Assembly (NCBI GenBank): GCA_000002445.1
Contig: CP000066.1
Coordinates: 448,001 to 512,000, forward strand
Direction: 5' to 3'
From: Trypanosoma brucei
Taxonomy: Eukaryota
Length of the DNA: 64,000 nt
Shown: positions 42,432 to 52,959 of the stretch, piece after piece
Position numbering within the stretch: the stretch's first letter is position 1
Layout of the letters: each line of letters starts with the position of its first letter
Notes under the pieces: model-generated
The model's database searches: none
What the model saw: only the letters and a program-made list of their open reading frames with translations
What the model was told of the DNA's origin: nothing
Translations under genes and position numbers: made by a program

Positions 42432-42952
42432 GATCCCTCCTATTTCTACTTTTGCGCGGTTTCCTTTCTTTTTTCAAGCCCTGATGTAAAGGCTCTACCG
42501 TGTGGCAGTTCCCTCTCCCTCCGCTACAATGGTTTTCCCTTGTGCTCGCGCGTGCGCACCAAAACTTATAATGGGGCTCTTGCGTGAATTCAGGTGCAGT
42601 TCTTAACACAAGGGGGGAAACAATAATAAAACTAGAGGTTTCTGTCATAGTAGTACAGCCCGCAAGTAAACATGCAGTTGACGAACGACAACCTACCTCC
42701 AGCAGCATAATAAAGAAGTAAATGCGGATGCAAGAATATAATGATGTACGAACGTAATGCGGAAGTTACCTAAACGCCAAATCACAAGGAGGAGAACTTC
42801 ATATGTGCAGAAAGACCCACCCAACCCTCATTAATTCAATACCTCTACATATATTACCTTATCCTGCACCATATTGCTGCAGTCATAATACTTCCACCAT
42901 TCCTCCATATATATGAATAGACATACAGGTACGCGTGCAGACGAGTATACCA

Positions 42953-43807
42953 CTAGAATTCTTCCATTTGTGGCTCAGGACCATATGACAGTTTCTCTCC
43001 AAACACAGATTTTAGGCGCCACTCGTCTCGCACCTGGTCATCAACCTTTGGTTCCACGAACTTCCGGAAAAACCAGGCACGGCGAACGGACACTTGCTTC
43101 CAGTAGTTGTGCAGTCGTGCTTGCGCTTTGCAGTAAAACTTCACAACTGACTCCTCCAACACCTGAGCCATCGCGGGACCGGCGGAAGAATAATACATCT
43201 CTTCTGCCTCCAGAGCCGTAACAGGTTGCCCCTCCCGCTTGCGACGCGTGACCTCCCGCTCAACACCGGAGTACAACTCCTCCCGGAACTCGGCGGGAGG
43301 CTTAAATTCCAAATCCGTCCAATGACCCCCACTAAAGCCTTTAACCTGAGGGTAGCGGACAAGATTCCTGGTAAGTTGGGGTGTGGCATCCTTACTCACT
43401 TCGTAGAACTTAAGATTCGGATAGCGGTCAGCGCTCTGGTGGCAAAGAAATTCAAACGTTTTGTCGAGTGCATTACACGCTGTGCAGTTCTCCTGATGAT
43501 ACCGCACAACCATAACGTCATCCGAGTGAGAAAAGTAGTGCAACTTCTCCCGCATCTCCTCTACCGAATGAATTGGCTTCACACACCTGGTTGGAAATTT
43601 CATCCAAATTGGATTCACTGGCAACTCGTTGTTTGCGCCCAAACCGCTACGGATACCTGCGCTGTTCATCATCAGTGCCTTCATTTTGTGCGAAGCCGAT
43701 TGGTAAAGCTCGAGCTTCTCCCGCCGTCGCTTGATCCCAGCAACGACTTCAGACCGGCCGCCCGGTACCTCCGGCTCGCTCCATTCTTCTTTTCGGGTTT
43801 CGGCCAT
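42953..43807 (-). CDS. Thioredoxin-fold protein with atypical CTAC active-site motif
   Basis: 284 aa with a verified ATG. The motif is VVRYHQENCTACNALDKTFEFLCHQSADRYPNLKFYEV, laid out like thioredoxin WCGPCK...F.KVD. N- and C-terminal extensions are present. Confidence 0.6.
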   Translation of the reverse strand: MAETRKEEWSEPEVPGGRSEVVAGIKRRREKLELYQSASHKMKALMMNSAGIRSGLGANNELPVNPIWMKFPTRCVKPIHSVEEMREKLHYFSHSDDVMVVRYHQENCTACNALDKTFEFLCHQSADRYPNLKFYEVSKDATPQLTRNLVRYPQVKGFSGGHWTDLEFKPPAEFREELYSGVEREVTRRKREGQPVTALEAEEMYYSSAGPAMAQVLEESVVKFYCKAQARLHNYWKQVSVRRAWFFRKFVEPKVDDQVRDEWRLKSVFGEKLSYGPEPQMEEF

Positions 43808-44067
43808 TACACCTAAGTGTTTTATGGCAGTACCCGACCAAACAGACGTTACAGTTTCAACGAAAATAACAGTACAGTGACGACAAATTGTGTTGTGGTA
43901 AAGAGACGATAAAACCTTGCAGAAGCACTACGAAAGTTAAGCGATAACGACTAAATAACTAATGGAGCGGAACCACAATAGCAAAAACACGAGCCAGTTG
44001 TGGTATCTCCGATATTCCTATCAAAACAAACTCTTCAGCTTCGACTGCCCCCACCGGAGCTACGCAA

Positions 44068-44091
44068 ATATATATATATATATATATATAT
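44068..44091. repeat. (TA)n microsatellite. Similar (TA)n tracts lie at about 14565-14586, 15895-15915, 26044-26068, 30150-30173, 38474-38491, 48984-49008 and 51017-51036.
   Basis: Direct read. Nearly every intergenic region carries one. Confidence 0.85.
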
Positions 44092-45733
44092 GCGTGCGGG
44101 TGCTCGTGTTTATGTATGTATGTATATATGTGTATTAATTTAAAAATAAAGAAATGGCTTTTAGGGTTACTACTATTTTCCCCCCTTTGAAAGTCGGAAG
44201 AATGTCCTCCACCCTATTATCTTTACAACTGGAACCCCCTGGTACGAACCCCACTAGATTTCGTGGGGCGAACCGTGTCTTCGTTCGAAGTGAAATGATG
44301 TGTAACGAGAAAAAGGGGGGAAAGCGGAAAAAATTAGATAATAGTTTAGAGGAATTGTACACACGAGTTAGGCGGGGAGATAGTGTGCACAAACACTCAC
44401 TCTCTCTCCCTCTCTCTCACACACACACATACATACACGCATTGACCGGTACAGCACATGCCAATTTGCGTAAGATTTGTGGTGACAAAAAAAAATAAAT
44501 AAATACATGAGCAGCAAATTGACCTCGTGATTTTTGCACACACTCAAACATCTCTACAGCGGAACATACCCGCCCATGTTCTATTCTCACCTTTTTTTTT
44601 GTGTTGCTCATCTCATATTTCATTTCGCTCCAGCTTCTCAAGTCACAAAAAAAAAGGTCCCCGCAACTCGATCTCCATCATGTTTGTTTACTTCCCCCCC
44701 CCACACACACACACATCGTCAGCGGCACATTCCGAAGCCTCGTTATGCTTCCGGTGTTGCCCTCAGCGGTGAGGCATAAAGTAGTAAAAATGGGAGGAGG
44801 AGGAGGAGGAGGAGGACAGTAATGAAAATGGGGAACAGAAGCGGCGTGATATCATATCCTCCCACCACCCCTGGCACTTGTTTCTCCCGACATTAATCGG
44901 CACAACTCAAATCTTCTCGTCTCCTTTGCCACACAACTTCTAAGAGTTCGCGTTACTTTGTTATCCGGTCCCACCCAACCTTACAAATTGCTTTCCCTCT
45001 CAGCGCACCACACCAACATGTAACGAACATCATATACATCAACCATGAAAAAATAAAGGATGTACAGAGGGGAAGGTGAAGCAGGGGGGGGTGAACAAGA
45101 ATTACAAAGAAAAAAACAAATGAGGGTAAAAGAGCAAAAGCCCTATAAAGGAAGAAAAGGGAACATTACTTAACAACGCGGAAAGGAATTGCATCAGCAG
45201 CGGAAATAGAACACGATGCGGAATAAAATTGGTCTCGTAGGAAATGAAAGCGTGAGCATGAGATGGGCATAATTCTATTCTTTTTTCACTTTGTTTTTAA
45301 TTCTCCTTCCGCCTTTTGGTGTACCATTTTTGTTTTTTCTACGAGCACAAGTATAGGATGAACAGAGAGTTAACGCACATAAAAGAATCGGCAAACAATA
45401 AGAAACAAAAAATGATACGCACAAAAGCGAGAATTGACACATCGGCAGCTCCCACTGTCACTTTCTGCAGTACGATTCTCAGACGCAGCGCAAGGTCTTC
45501 TTTTTTCTCCCCTTTCCTCCTTCTCAAGTCCCTACCGGGTCCACAGGTGGCGGCGCGGGCATCATCAAAAACTGCAACTTCCATCCACTTCAGCCTTCAA
45601 CGTTACGGCTGATGTATATTAAAGATGCCTCCGCCCACTCCCTACGTACAACGAACAAAAAACGAATAAAATGGTAAATGTTACATGCTTTTACAGCTTT
45701 TTCTTTGTGTTTCCTTCAACATTCTTCATTCCC

Positions 45734-48337
45734 TTATGCTTCATCTTCTATCTCATCTTCACCTGTGCCAGACGCACGGGCAACATCATTCCCACTAAGT
45801 TCTTCGCTCCCAATAGAGGAAGATGATGAAGAAGCGTTCTTTCGACCTTTGGATACGCTAGAGCTTGACCGAGACGTCCTTTTACTGCTCGATTCTTTGG
45901 ACGATGCACCATCCGCTGAGTCCTTCGCCGCGTCGGCACCGGACGCCTCATCCACAGCCTCGCTCTTTACCGCATCAGAATCTAGCTCATCTACATCCTG
46001 ATCGTTAACATGTTCGTCCTCTACAACCTGTTGCACAGCCTCACCCTTTTCAGATGATGGCGATCTCTCCAGTTCGTCGCCGTACTCGAACTTATCCCCC
46101 TCCAGTTTAGCGGATGATTCGGATTTCTTCGATGATGAGCGGGACTGCTCCGACTCGGTATCTTTCTTTTCAGATGTCTGGGACTTGTCAAGCTCCTCAG
46201 TGTATTCATCCTTCTGTTCATCATCCTCAGGCTTCTTCGATGATGAGCGGGACCGCTCCGACTCGGTATCTTTCTGATCCTCAGCCTCGGTATCTTTCTT
46301 TTCAGATGTCTGGGACTTGTCAAGCTCCTCAGTGTATTCATCCTTCTGTTCATCATCCTCAGGCTTCTTCGATGATGAGCGGGACCGCTCCGACTCGGTA
46401 TCTTTCTGATCCTCAGCCTCGGTATCTTTCTTTTCAGATGTCTGGGACTTGTCAAGCTCCTCAGTGTATTCATCCTTCTGTTCATCATCCTCAGGCTTCT
46501 TCGATGATGAGCGGGACTGCTCCGACTCGGTATCTTTCTTTTCAGATGTCTGGGACTTGTCAAGCTCCTCAGTGTATTCATCCTTCTGTTCATCATCCTC
46601 AGGCTTCTTCGATGATGAGCGGGACCGCTCCGACTCGGTATCTTTCTGATCCTCAGCCTCGGTATCTTTCTTTTCAGATGTCTGGGACTTGTCAAGCTCC
46701 TCAGTGTATTCATCCTTCTGTTCATCATCCTCAGGCTTCTTCGATGATGAGCGGGACCGCTCCGACTCGGTATCTTTCTGATCCTCAGCCTCGGTATCTT
46801 TCTTTTCAGATGTCTGGGACTTGTCAAGCTCCTCAGTGTATTCATCCTTCTGTTCATCATCCTCAGGCTTCTTCGATGATGAGCGGGACCGCTCCGACTC
46901 GGTATCTTTCTGATCCTCAGTGTCAGGATCCTTCTTTCCGGACTCGGAGGCTTCAAATTCGTCACCATAATCATTCTTGGTTGTATCAGCAGTTGGTTCA
47001 TCATCCGTCTTGTCTGCATCATCCTTCGTCAGTTCCTCAGGCTTCTTCGATGATGAGCGGGACCGCTCCGACTCGGTATCTTTCTGATCCTCAGTGTCAG
47101 GATCCTTCTTTCCGGACTCGGAGGCTTCAAATTCGTCACCATAATCATTCTTGGTTGTATCAGCAGTCGGTTCATCATCCGTCTTCTCTCGTCCTTCCCT
47201 GCCGGATCTCTCAGACTTCCTTGACGATGGTCGAGAACGGTCAGATTGAGTGTCCTTCCCATCTTCAGCATCGGTGGTGTCCTGTTGCATCGCTTTTTGA
47301 CTGGCGCTTGCAGATGCAGAGGACGGGCGAGCAGCAGATGCAGGACGGCTATTGCCACCATCCTTCAAAATTTCCTTGCTCGTCGACTGCTCTGTCGAGG
47401 CTGGTTGCGGAGATGCTGTAGAAGGTCTGCTTTCCCTCTTAGCTTCGCTGGGTTGCGCCACACTTGATGTAGAACCCTTCCCAGTTGCAGAGTCTTCCGC
47501 GACTGATGATGAAATTGGGGCCTCGTCTTCGGTCACAGCACCGTGCTTACTGCTTTCAGTTAACCCTCCACCGGACTTCCGGCCGCCAACGGGAGAAGCG
47601 GCTCCTTTGCCCTTCTGTGGTGTGGCGGGTCGGGAAGAGTCCGAATTTAGAGTTTCTCTAATGGTCTTGAGTAATATATTCTTGGGAGGGGACGAAGTTT
47701 TGCCCTTTCCCTGACTGCTGCAGGCACCCGGTCGGCCACCTCGTTGGCCCACTGTATCAGGACGCTTTTGTTTGGGTGGCTTAGGAACTGTCGCCACGGC
47801 GCGTTTCTTGGATCCAGTAGCTCTACTCGACACAGTACGTTGACGCTTCTTCGCAACTTCTTTTCTACCCGATGTAGTCTCTTTCGGGCTGGTCAACTCC
47901 TCGGCCTCAACACGCCTCTGCGTAGCGAATCCCGTCCGGCATGCGAGTTCCTCCAACTCCCTCTGGCGCCGTTCCTCAAATCGCCGGCGAGCCACTTCAC
48001 GCCGATGTTGCTCCAACCGCTTCTGCCGCCTCATCTCTTCCCGGCGCTCGGCCGTTTCACGGATCAACATCTCCCTTCGGGCCCAGTAAGGTGCAAGGTA
48101 TGGATCTTCCAAATCGTTATACGGAGGAAGACTTTGGTCTTGTAGTGGCCCAAGTGTGAATTCTGTTTCTAGGAAGCGCTGAGCGGACTGTGGGCGTAGA
48201 TTACTGTTTACTGTAGATCTTGGTGTAACAACACACAAAGCATTGGTAGCAGCCGGACCATGTGACGCGTAGACGCCCACTCGAGCTGCCTCACCGCCGC
48301 GAGATGAACTCTCCAGTGGGGGGAGCGACTTCGACAT
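45734..48337 (-). CDS. Highly acidic Ser/Lys/Glu/Asp-rich tandem-repeat protein (867 aa) with an Arg-rich coiled-coil N-terminus
   Basis: Verified ATG (atgtcgaagtcgctcccc). The N-terminus reads RREMLIRETAERREEMRRQKRLEQHRREVARRRFEERRQRELEEL. It is followed by at least 8 near-identical 44- or 36-aa units SE(R/Q)SRSSSKKPEDDEQKDEYTEELDKSQTSEKKDTE(AEDQKDTE). Two longer 62-aa units precede them. Confidence 0.85.
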   Translation of the reverse strand: MSKSLPPLESSSRGGEAARVGVYASHGPAATNALCVVTPRSTVNSNLRPQSAQRFLETEFTLGPLQDQSLPPYNDLEDPYLAPYWARREMLIRETAERREEMRRQKRLEQHRREVARRRFEERRQRELEELACRTGFATQRRVEAEELTSPKETTSGRKEVAKKRQRTVSSRATGSKKRAVATVPKPPKQKRPDTVGQRGGRPGACSSQGKGKTSSPPKNILLKTIRETLNSDSSRPATPQKGKGAASPVGGRKSGGGLTESSKHGAVTEDEAPISSSVAEDSATGKGSTSSVAQPSEAKRESRPSTASPQPASTEQSTSKEILKDGGNSRPASAARPSSASASASQKAMQQDTTDAEDGKDTQSDRSRPSSRKSERSGREGREKTDDEPTADTTKNDYGDEFEASESGKKDPDTEDQKDTESERSRSSSKKPEELTKDDADKTDDEPTADTTKNDYGDEFEASESGKKDPDTEDQKDTESERSRSSSKKPEDDEQKDEYTEELDKSQTSEKKDTEAEDQKDTESERSRSSSKKPEDDEQKDEYTEELDKSQTSEKKDTEAEDQKDTESERSRSSSKKPEDDEQKDEYTEELDKSQTSEKKDTESEQSRSSSKKPEDDEQKDEYTEELDKSQTSEKKDTEAEDQKDTESERSRSSSKKPEDDEQKDEYTEELDKSQTSEKKDTEAEDQKDTESERSRSSSKKPEDDEQKDEYTEELDKSQTSEKKDTESEQSRSSSKKSESSAKLEGDKFEYGDELERSPSSEKGEAVQQVVEDEHVNDQDVDELDSDAVKSEAVDEASGADAAKDSADGASSKESSSKRTSRSSSSVSKGRKNASSSSSSIGSEELSGNDVARASGTGEDEIEDEA
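46100..47130. repeat. Coding tandem-repeat array: 8 copies of a 132-nt unit, or 108-nt where a 24-nt segment is missing, inside the acidic-repeat gene
   Basis: The marker 'gatgatgagcggga' recurs at about 46131, 46239, 46371, 46503, 46611, 46743, 46875 and 47049. The spacings are 108, 132, 132, 108, 132, 132 and 174 nt. The copies are nearly identical apart from C/T differences (gggaccgc versus gggactgc). Confidence 0.9.
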
Positions 48338-51300
48338 GCTTCAAGTAATAAGTCCACTACGCACTATGAGCGTAACCACGGCGGCTCGCACAAGGTTTGG
48401 GTGTAGGTTGCAACTCCACCAACACTTAAATAAATTGCGCAACCAAGTAGGGAGGGAATATTTCTTCTCTTGCTGTACCCCTCTATGCGGTGGCTGAATA
48501 GTTCGTCTGATTCAACAATCGTTGCCTATTAAATTTAAAGTTATATACCTCCTCCCCTCTTCCTTTCGCTCCGGGTTCCCCGCTATCTAATTAAATGTAA
48601 TTGGGAAACAAGAACAGTGGAAGTGCGAACGCTCCCCCAATGCACTCAAATTAAATCGAACCAACTTTTCCCTTCCTTTACTTCCTTTAATAACCTGAGA
48701 TGCGTGTGCAAGGTACTGCAATACTTCCTGGTTTCCTTCCTTGTTTCCTTACTCAGAAAAACTGCTTAGCTTTCCTTCGAGCCCCTTGCGCCTTTACTCT
48801 CTTTTTCGACCACACTTATGTTCTTCCTTTTTGTTTTATCTATTTTTCTGTTGTATGTTAAAAGCATGACCACGCCGGTGATTAGAATTGTTTGCAAAAA
48901 GAAAAAAAAGGTATATACACAGATAGAAAGAGAGAATAGGAAAGGAAAGAGGCAAAAATTGAAGCGAAGACTAAAAAAGACGCATATATATATATATATA
49001 TATATATAATAACAATTAAAGAATACGTAAGGTAAGAGTTAGTGGAGAGACGTGTGTATATGCCCCAACGACTTCAGTGTGAAGGAAGATCAGGAAGAAC
49101 AAGAAAAAAAACGTATTTGAAGTAGAAATAGCACAGAGAGGAGGGAGAAAGGAAAAAAGAGGGATCACAGTTAATGAAACATAAATAAATATATATATAT
49201 ATTTATTTATTTATTGGTGCTGTAGACAGGCAATGCGACTCAGCTCGGCCAAAAAGGAGGGGGGAGGACAAGCAACAAACAAAACGAAACAACAACAACA
49301 ACAATAATAATAATAATAACCAAAAAGTTTAGTAAAGTTTGAAACATGAGTCACCACTCCACCCACAGGTTTGTCATAACAACGGAACTGCTGCGAGACG
49401 CTACAGCACAGAAAAGAAAACGAAAAAAAAACAAAGATACCAGCCGAGAAACAAAAAACAAAACAAAAGAGGTAGCAGGTGGTAACTCCCTCAGCAGTGG
49501 GTACACAAAACAATGACATGCGGCACCGATATTTCAGCCCGATGTACATTTAAAAACATAAATACAATTTTAATGGTAAAGTAAAGAAGACAAAAGAAGT
49601 AAAGTAGAAAAGTAAAAGAATGCATAAATATGAAGATGAGGAACGCAAATACAACAGGAGAAGCAGCACTGAGTAAAAAAGAAAGAAAGGGGAAAAGGGC
49701 ACTCATTCCGACAAAAATGCGGGGGGAACACAATGCAAAATTTTTTTAAAAAAAAAAATGAAGCATCTTTTCTGGCTTCCAACAATGACGGAGGAACAAA
49801 AATGAAGAGCGCCAAACCAAATTAAGAACAGCACAACAAAAAAAAAAAAGAAAACAAATGGCAACATACAAATACGCACACACTTCCCTCCACTCCACTC
49901 CACTCCAGTCCATTTTTGGATACAAACATGGTAACACAAACCACAATAAACAAATGCGCGTAATTTAATTTATTTGCGCAAAAACACGAAAAAAAAAACA
50001 GACGGGGGATGTGGAGGCACCCGGGCCAAAACAGTTATTTCCGCAAAAGAAACCAGCAACCAACAAGATACGAAAAAAAAAAAAAGAGCAAACGGACACT
50101 CGGGCACATATATGCATGTGCTAACGAAAATATTTATGTCTATTTACAAATATTTATATATATGTATGTATCTATGTGCCTGTCTCGGACTCTTTCTTCC
50201 CCTCCCCCTTCTTCCCCTTCGCCTCTTCACTCATTTTTTTTTAAAATTGTTTCGTTTGTTTCTTTGATATTTCACATCACTTATCAAACACAAACCCTCT
50301 CCTCTCTCCCTTTTTCTTTTTGTGTGTATCCTCTCATGGTTTCGCTAAATGCCTTCCTCCTTCCTCTTGTGTTCCCCTCCCAAAAATACACACACACAAA
50401 CACAAAAAAAAAGGGTGGTATTTTTCGCACTCATTTACACTCTTTTGGATTCTTAATGTTCCTTCTCCTCCGCCAACGCGTGAATTAACCTTTCTGAGGC
50501 ACACACAAAAAAAAAACAAAAATACATCTGCTTTCCTCCTTTCATTTCACATACACATTCTCTCTATGAATACAAAGTTAAACAATTTAAGATTCACAAA
50601 TAAAAATAAACAAAAGAATTTACCTTCTGAAAGTTACGTTTGAACCACAGAGCATACAATAAAAGTTTTGGGCATCACCGTGCCGACAAAAACTTTCCTT
50701 TTCGCCATCTCGCAAAATGTAATTCCTCATATTATCCATTGAACCACAGTGAGGCCATCCATATAACTCATTTCTACAAAAACGAGCCGAATGAATAACA
50801 CAAATAACCCACTCCACTCCACCCCCCCCCCAAAAAAAAAAGAAAAAAGGCCGGAGAGAATGAGGAAACACTGACTCAAACATTCACAGGTAATAAAACA
50901 CACCTCAGACATTTGGATGGTTTGATGGTTGTGCCTATCGCATGCTTATGGAGTTTGTTTGTTTGTTTGTTTTTAGGAAAAAAAAAAAAGATCAGACACA
51001 CAAATATTTATAAATTTATATATATATATATATATTTATTTATACGTGACAAGTTGTGAACACGTCCAATTATTTCTTTTTTTTTTTTTGCAGCTCCTTT
51101 CCTATTTCTATCATTATCATTTTTTTTTCTTTTTTCCTTTTAAATTAGCATAACTGATGTACTTTCCTCTTTTTTTTTCCCCCCTTACCATATCGTCATT
51201 CCAGCGACGTTGATCTCAGATATTTTCTTTTGTTTTTTTTTCTCTTATTTCCATCTTTCCTTTTTTTTCTTTTGTTCATTTCACCTCAGCTTTACGTCAT

Positions 51301-52959
51301 TCCCTCATTAACGCAATCTTTAATGAAGGCAGGAGAAAAAAAAATGGAAACACCATACAACAACAACATCGATGATGACAATAAGAGGAAATAAACTGAA
51401 AGCAATAAAAGAAAATAAATCGGAAACAATTTGAAAGATATATGAAATATAAAAAACATAAATGAGACCCAACCACCATCCCCCTCTCCCACCCCAAAAA
51501 AAAAAAAGAAAAAAGAAAAAAAAAGGATCAAAGCAATCATAAAACTGCAGCAGAGCCTCCTCATCTCTCCTCCTTCCTCTACTCTTCAGCCACCTCACCC
51601 ACAACAATGAAGAACTGCATAATTTAACGACAAAATAATAAATAGTCAAAAAAAAAAAATAGAACTGATGAAAAGAGGGAAAAAAAGACAAAAAAAAGAG
51701 AAAGAAAAAGAAAGAGAGGAAATGAGGGAAGGGGATTTATTTAAAAAAAAAAAAAGACGGCCGAATAGAGAGAGCACTGGTTCAGTAAAAGTGCACTCTG
51801 CAACGACTCGGGTGATTAAACAAACAAACAAACAAAAGAAAGAAAAAGGAAACCAAAAATTGAGAGAAAAAAAAGGGAGAAACCCTGTAGATATGAATAC
51901 ATGTGTGTACTTTATTTATTTGTATATATTTGTATTCATTTAAACACATGGTGATATCAGGCGATAAACCCCACACACATACACACGTACACACATAATT
52001 GGAAGAACACTCCCCCTTCTATCAAGCTAAACAGTTAAATGAATGTGTTGGCCATTGTGATGTTTCAGCTTCGGGGAAAGGAAGCAGAACCAGACCAGAA
52101 GATGGGGAAGGAAGAAAAAAAAAAGCACAGAAAGAAATGGCAGCAACACCTCCACTGTACATTTACATAATAATATTCTTCCAATACTCATGAATGTACG
52201 AATACGGAAACATACACACAAACACGAAGAAAATAATAACAAAAAAAAAGCAAACAAAACAGTGTGCAGTGGTCGAACATGATCCACTGGAAAGAGAAAG
52301 AAAGAGAGAAATATGGGGGGGGGGATGCCCTTCATTACCCACTTCGAGGTGATTACATTATCACAATCACTCTTCCTTGTCTTACCAGGTTCGCAACCAC
52401 CGACAAAAACAAAACAAAACAAAACAAATCGCGGCAGGTCCACATCACTTTCCGAACACCCTCAAGTATTCCTGATATTCTCTCACAAATCTTCTTCACA
52501 CATTGCTTAGTTTTCCGGACAATTTGGTTAATATTATCTTCAATATAACTATAACTCCTCTTTTTTGTCATCTTCTCTTTAAACCAACGTAGCGATATGG
52601 AGAAGCCGAATCATAAGCGCCAATCGCTCACATGAACAGCAAACAGTATGGGAGTTTACCGGCACTTTTGTACCTTACATCGGAAGTATAACTTGCATCT
52701 CATTGACATCAACCCCACCCCCACCCTTTTCTACACATGGTAACGGCGCCGCAAAGATGCTGAACAAACAAACAAACAAACGGGCACTAACATGTACAAG
52801 CTCGCATACATACACGTACACATACACATACACATACACAAGCGCACACAAACACGTGAACACGTGAACACATGTCAAAACGTGCCGAGGAACCGAAGCA
52901 TATCCCTTCCCCATATCCATCTCCTGAAGGGTCGGGAAACTTATGATTGCTTTCATGTA

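Noticed and set aside
46021-47421. Two long ORFs (333 aa on the minus strand, 435 aa on the plus strand) overlapping the acidic-repeat gene, with proteins full of repeated RKIPSRSGPAHHRRSLRMMNRRMNTLRSLTSPRHLK or MMSGTAPTRYLSFQMSGTCQAPQCIHPSVHHPQASS units
   Set aside because: They are alternative-frame and antisense translations of the same 132-nt tandem array. A repeat stays open in every frame it lacks a stop. The acidic frame continues into unique N- and C-terminal sequence and fits the strand of the polycistron.
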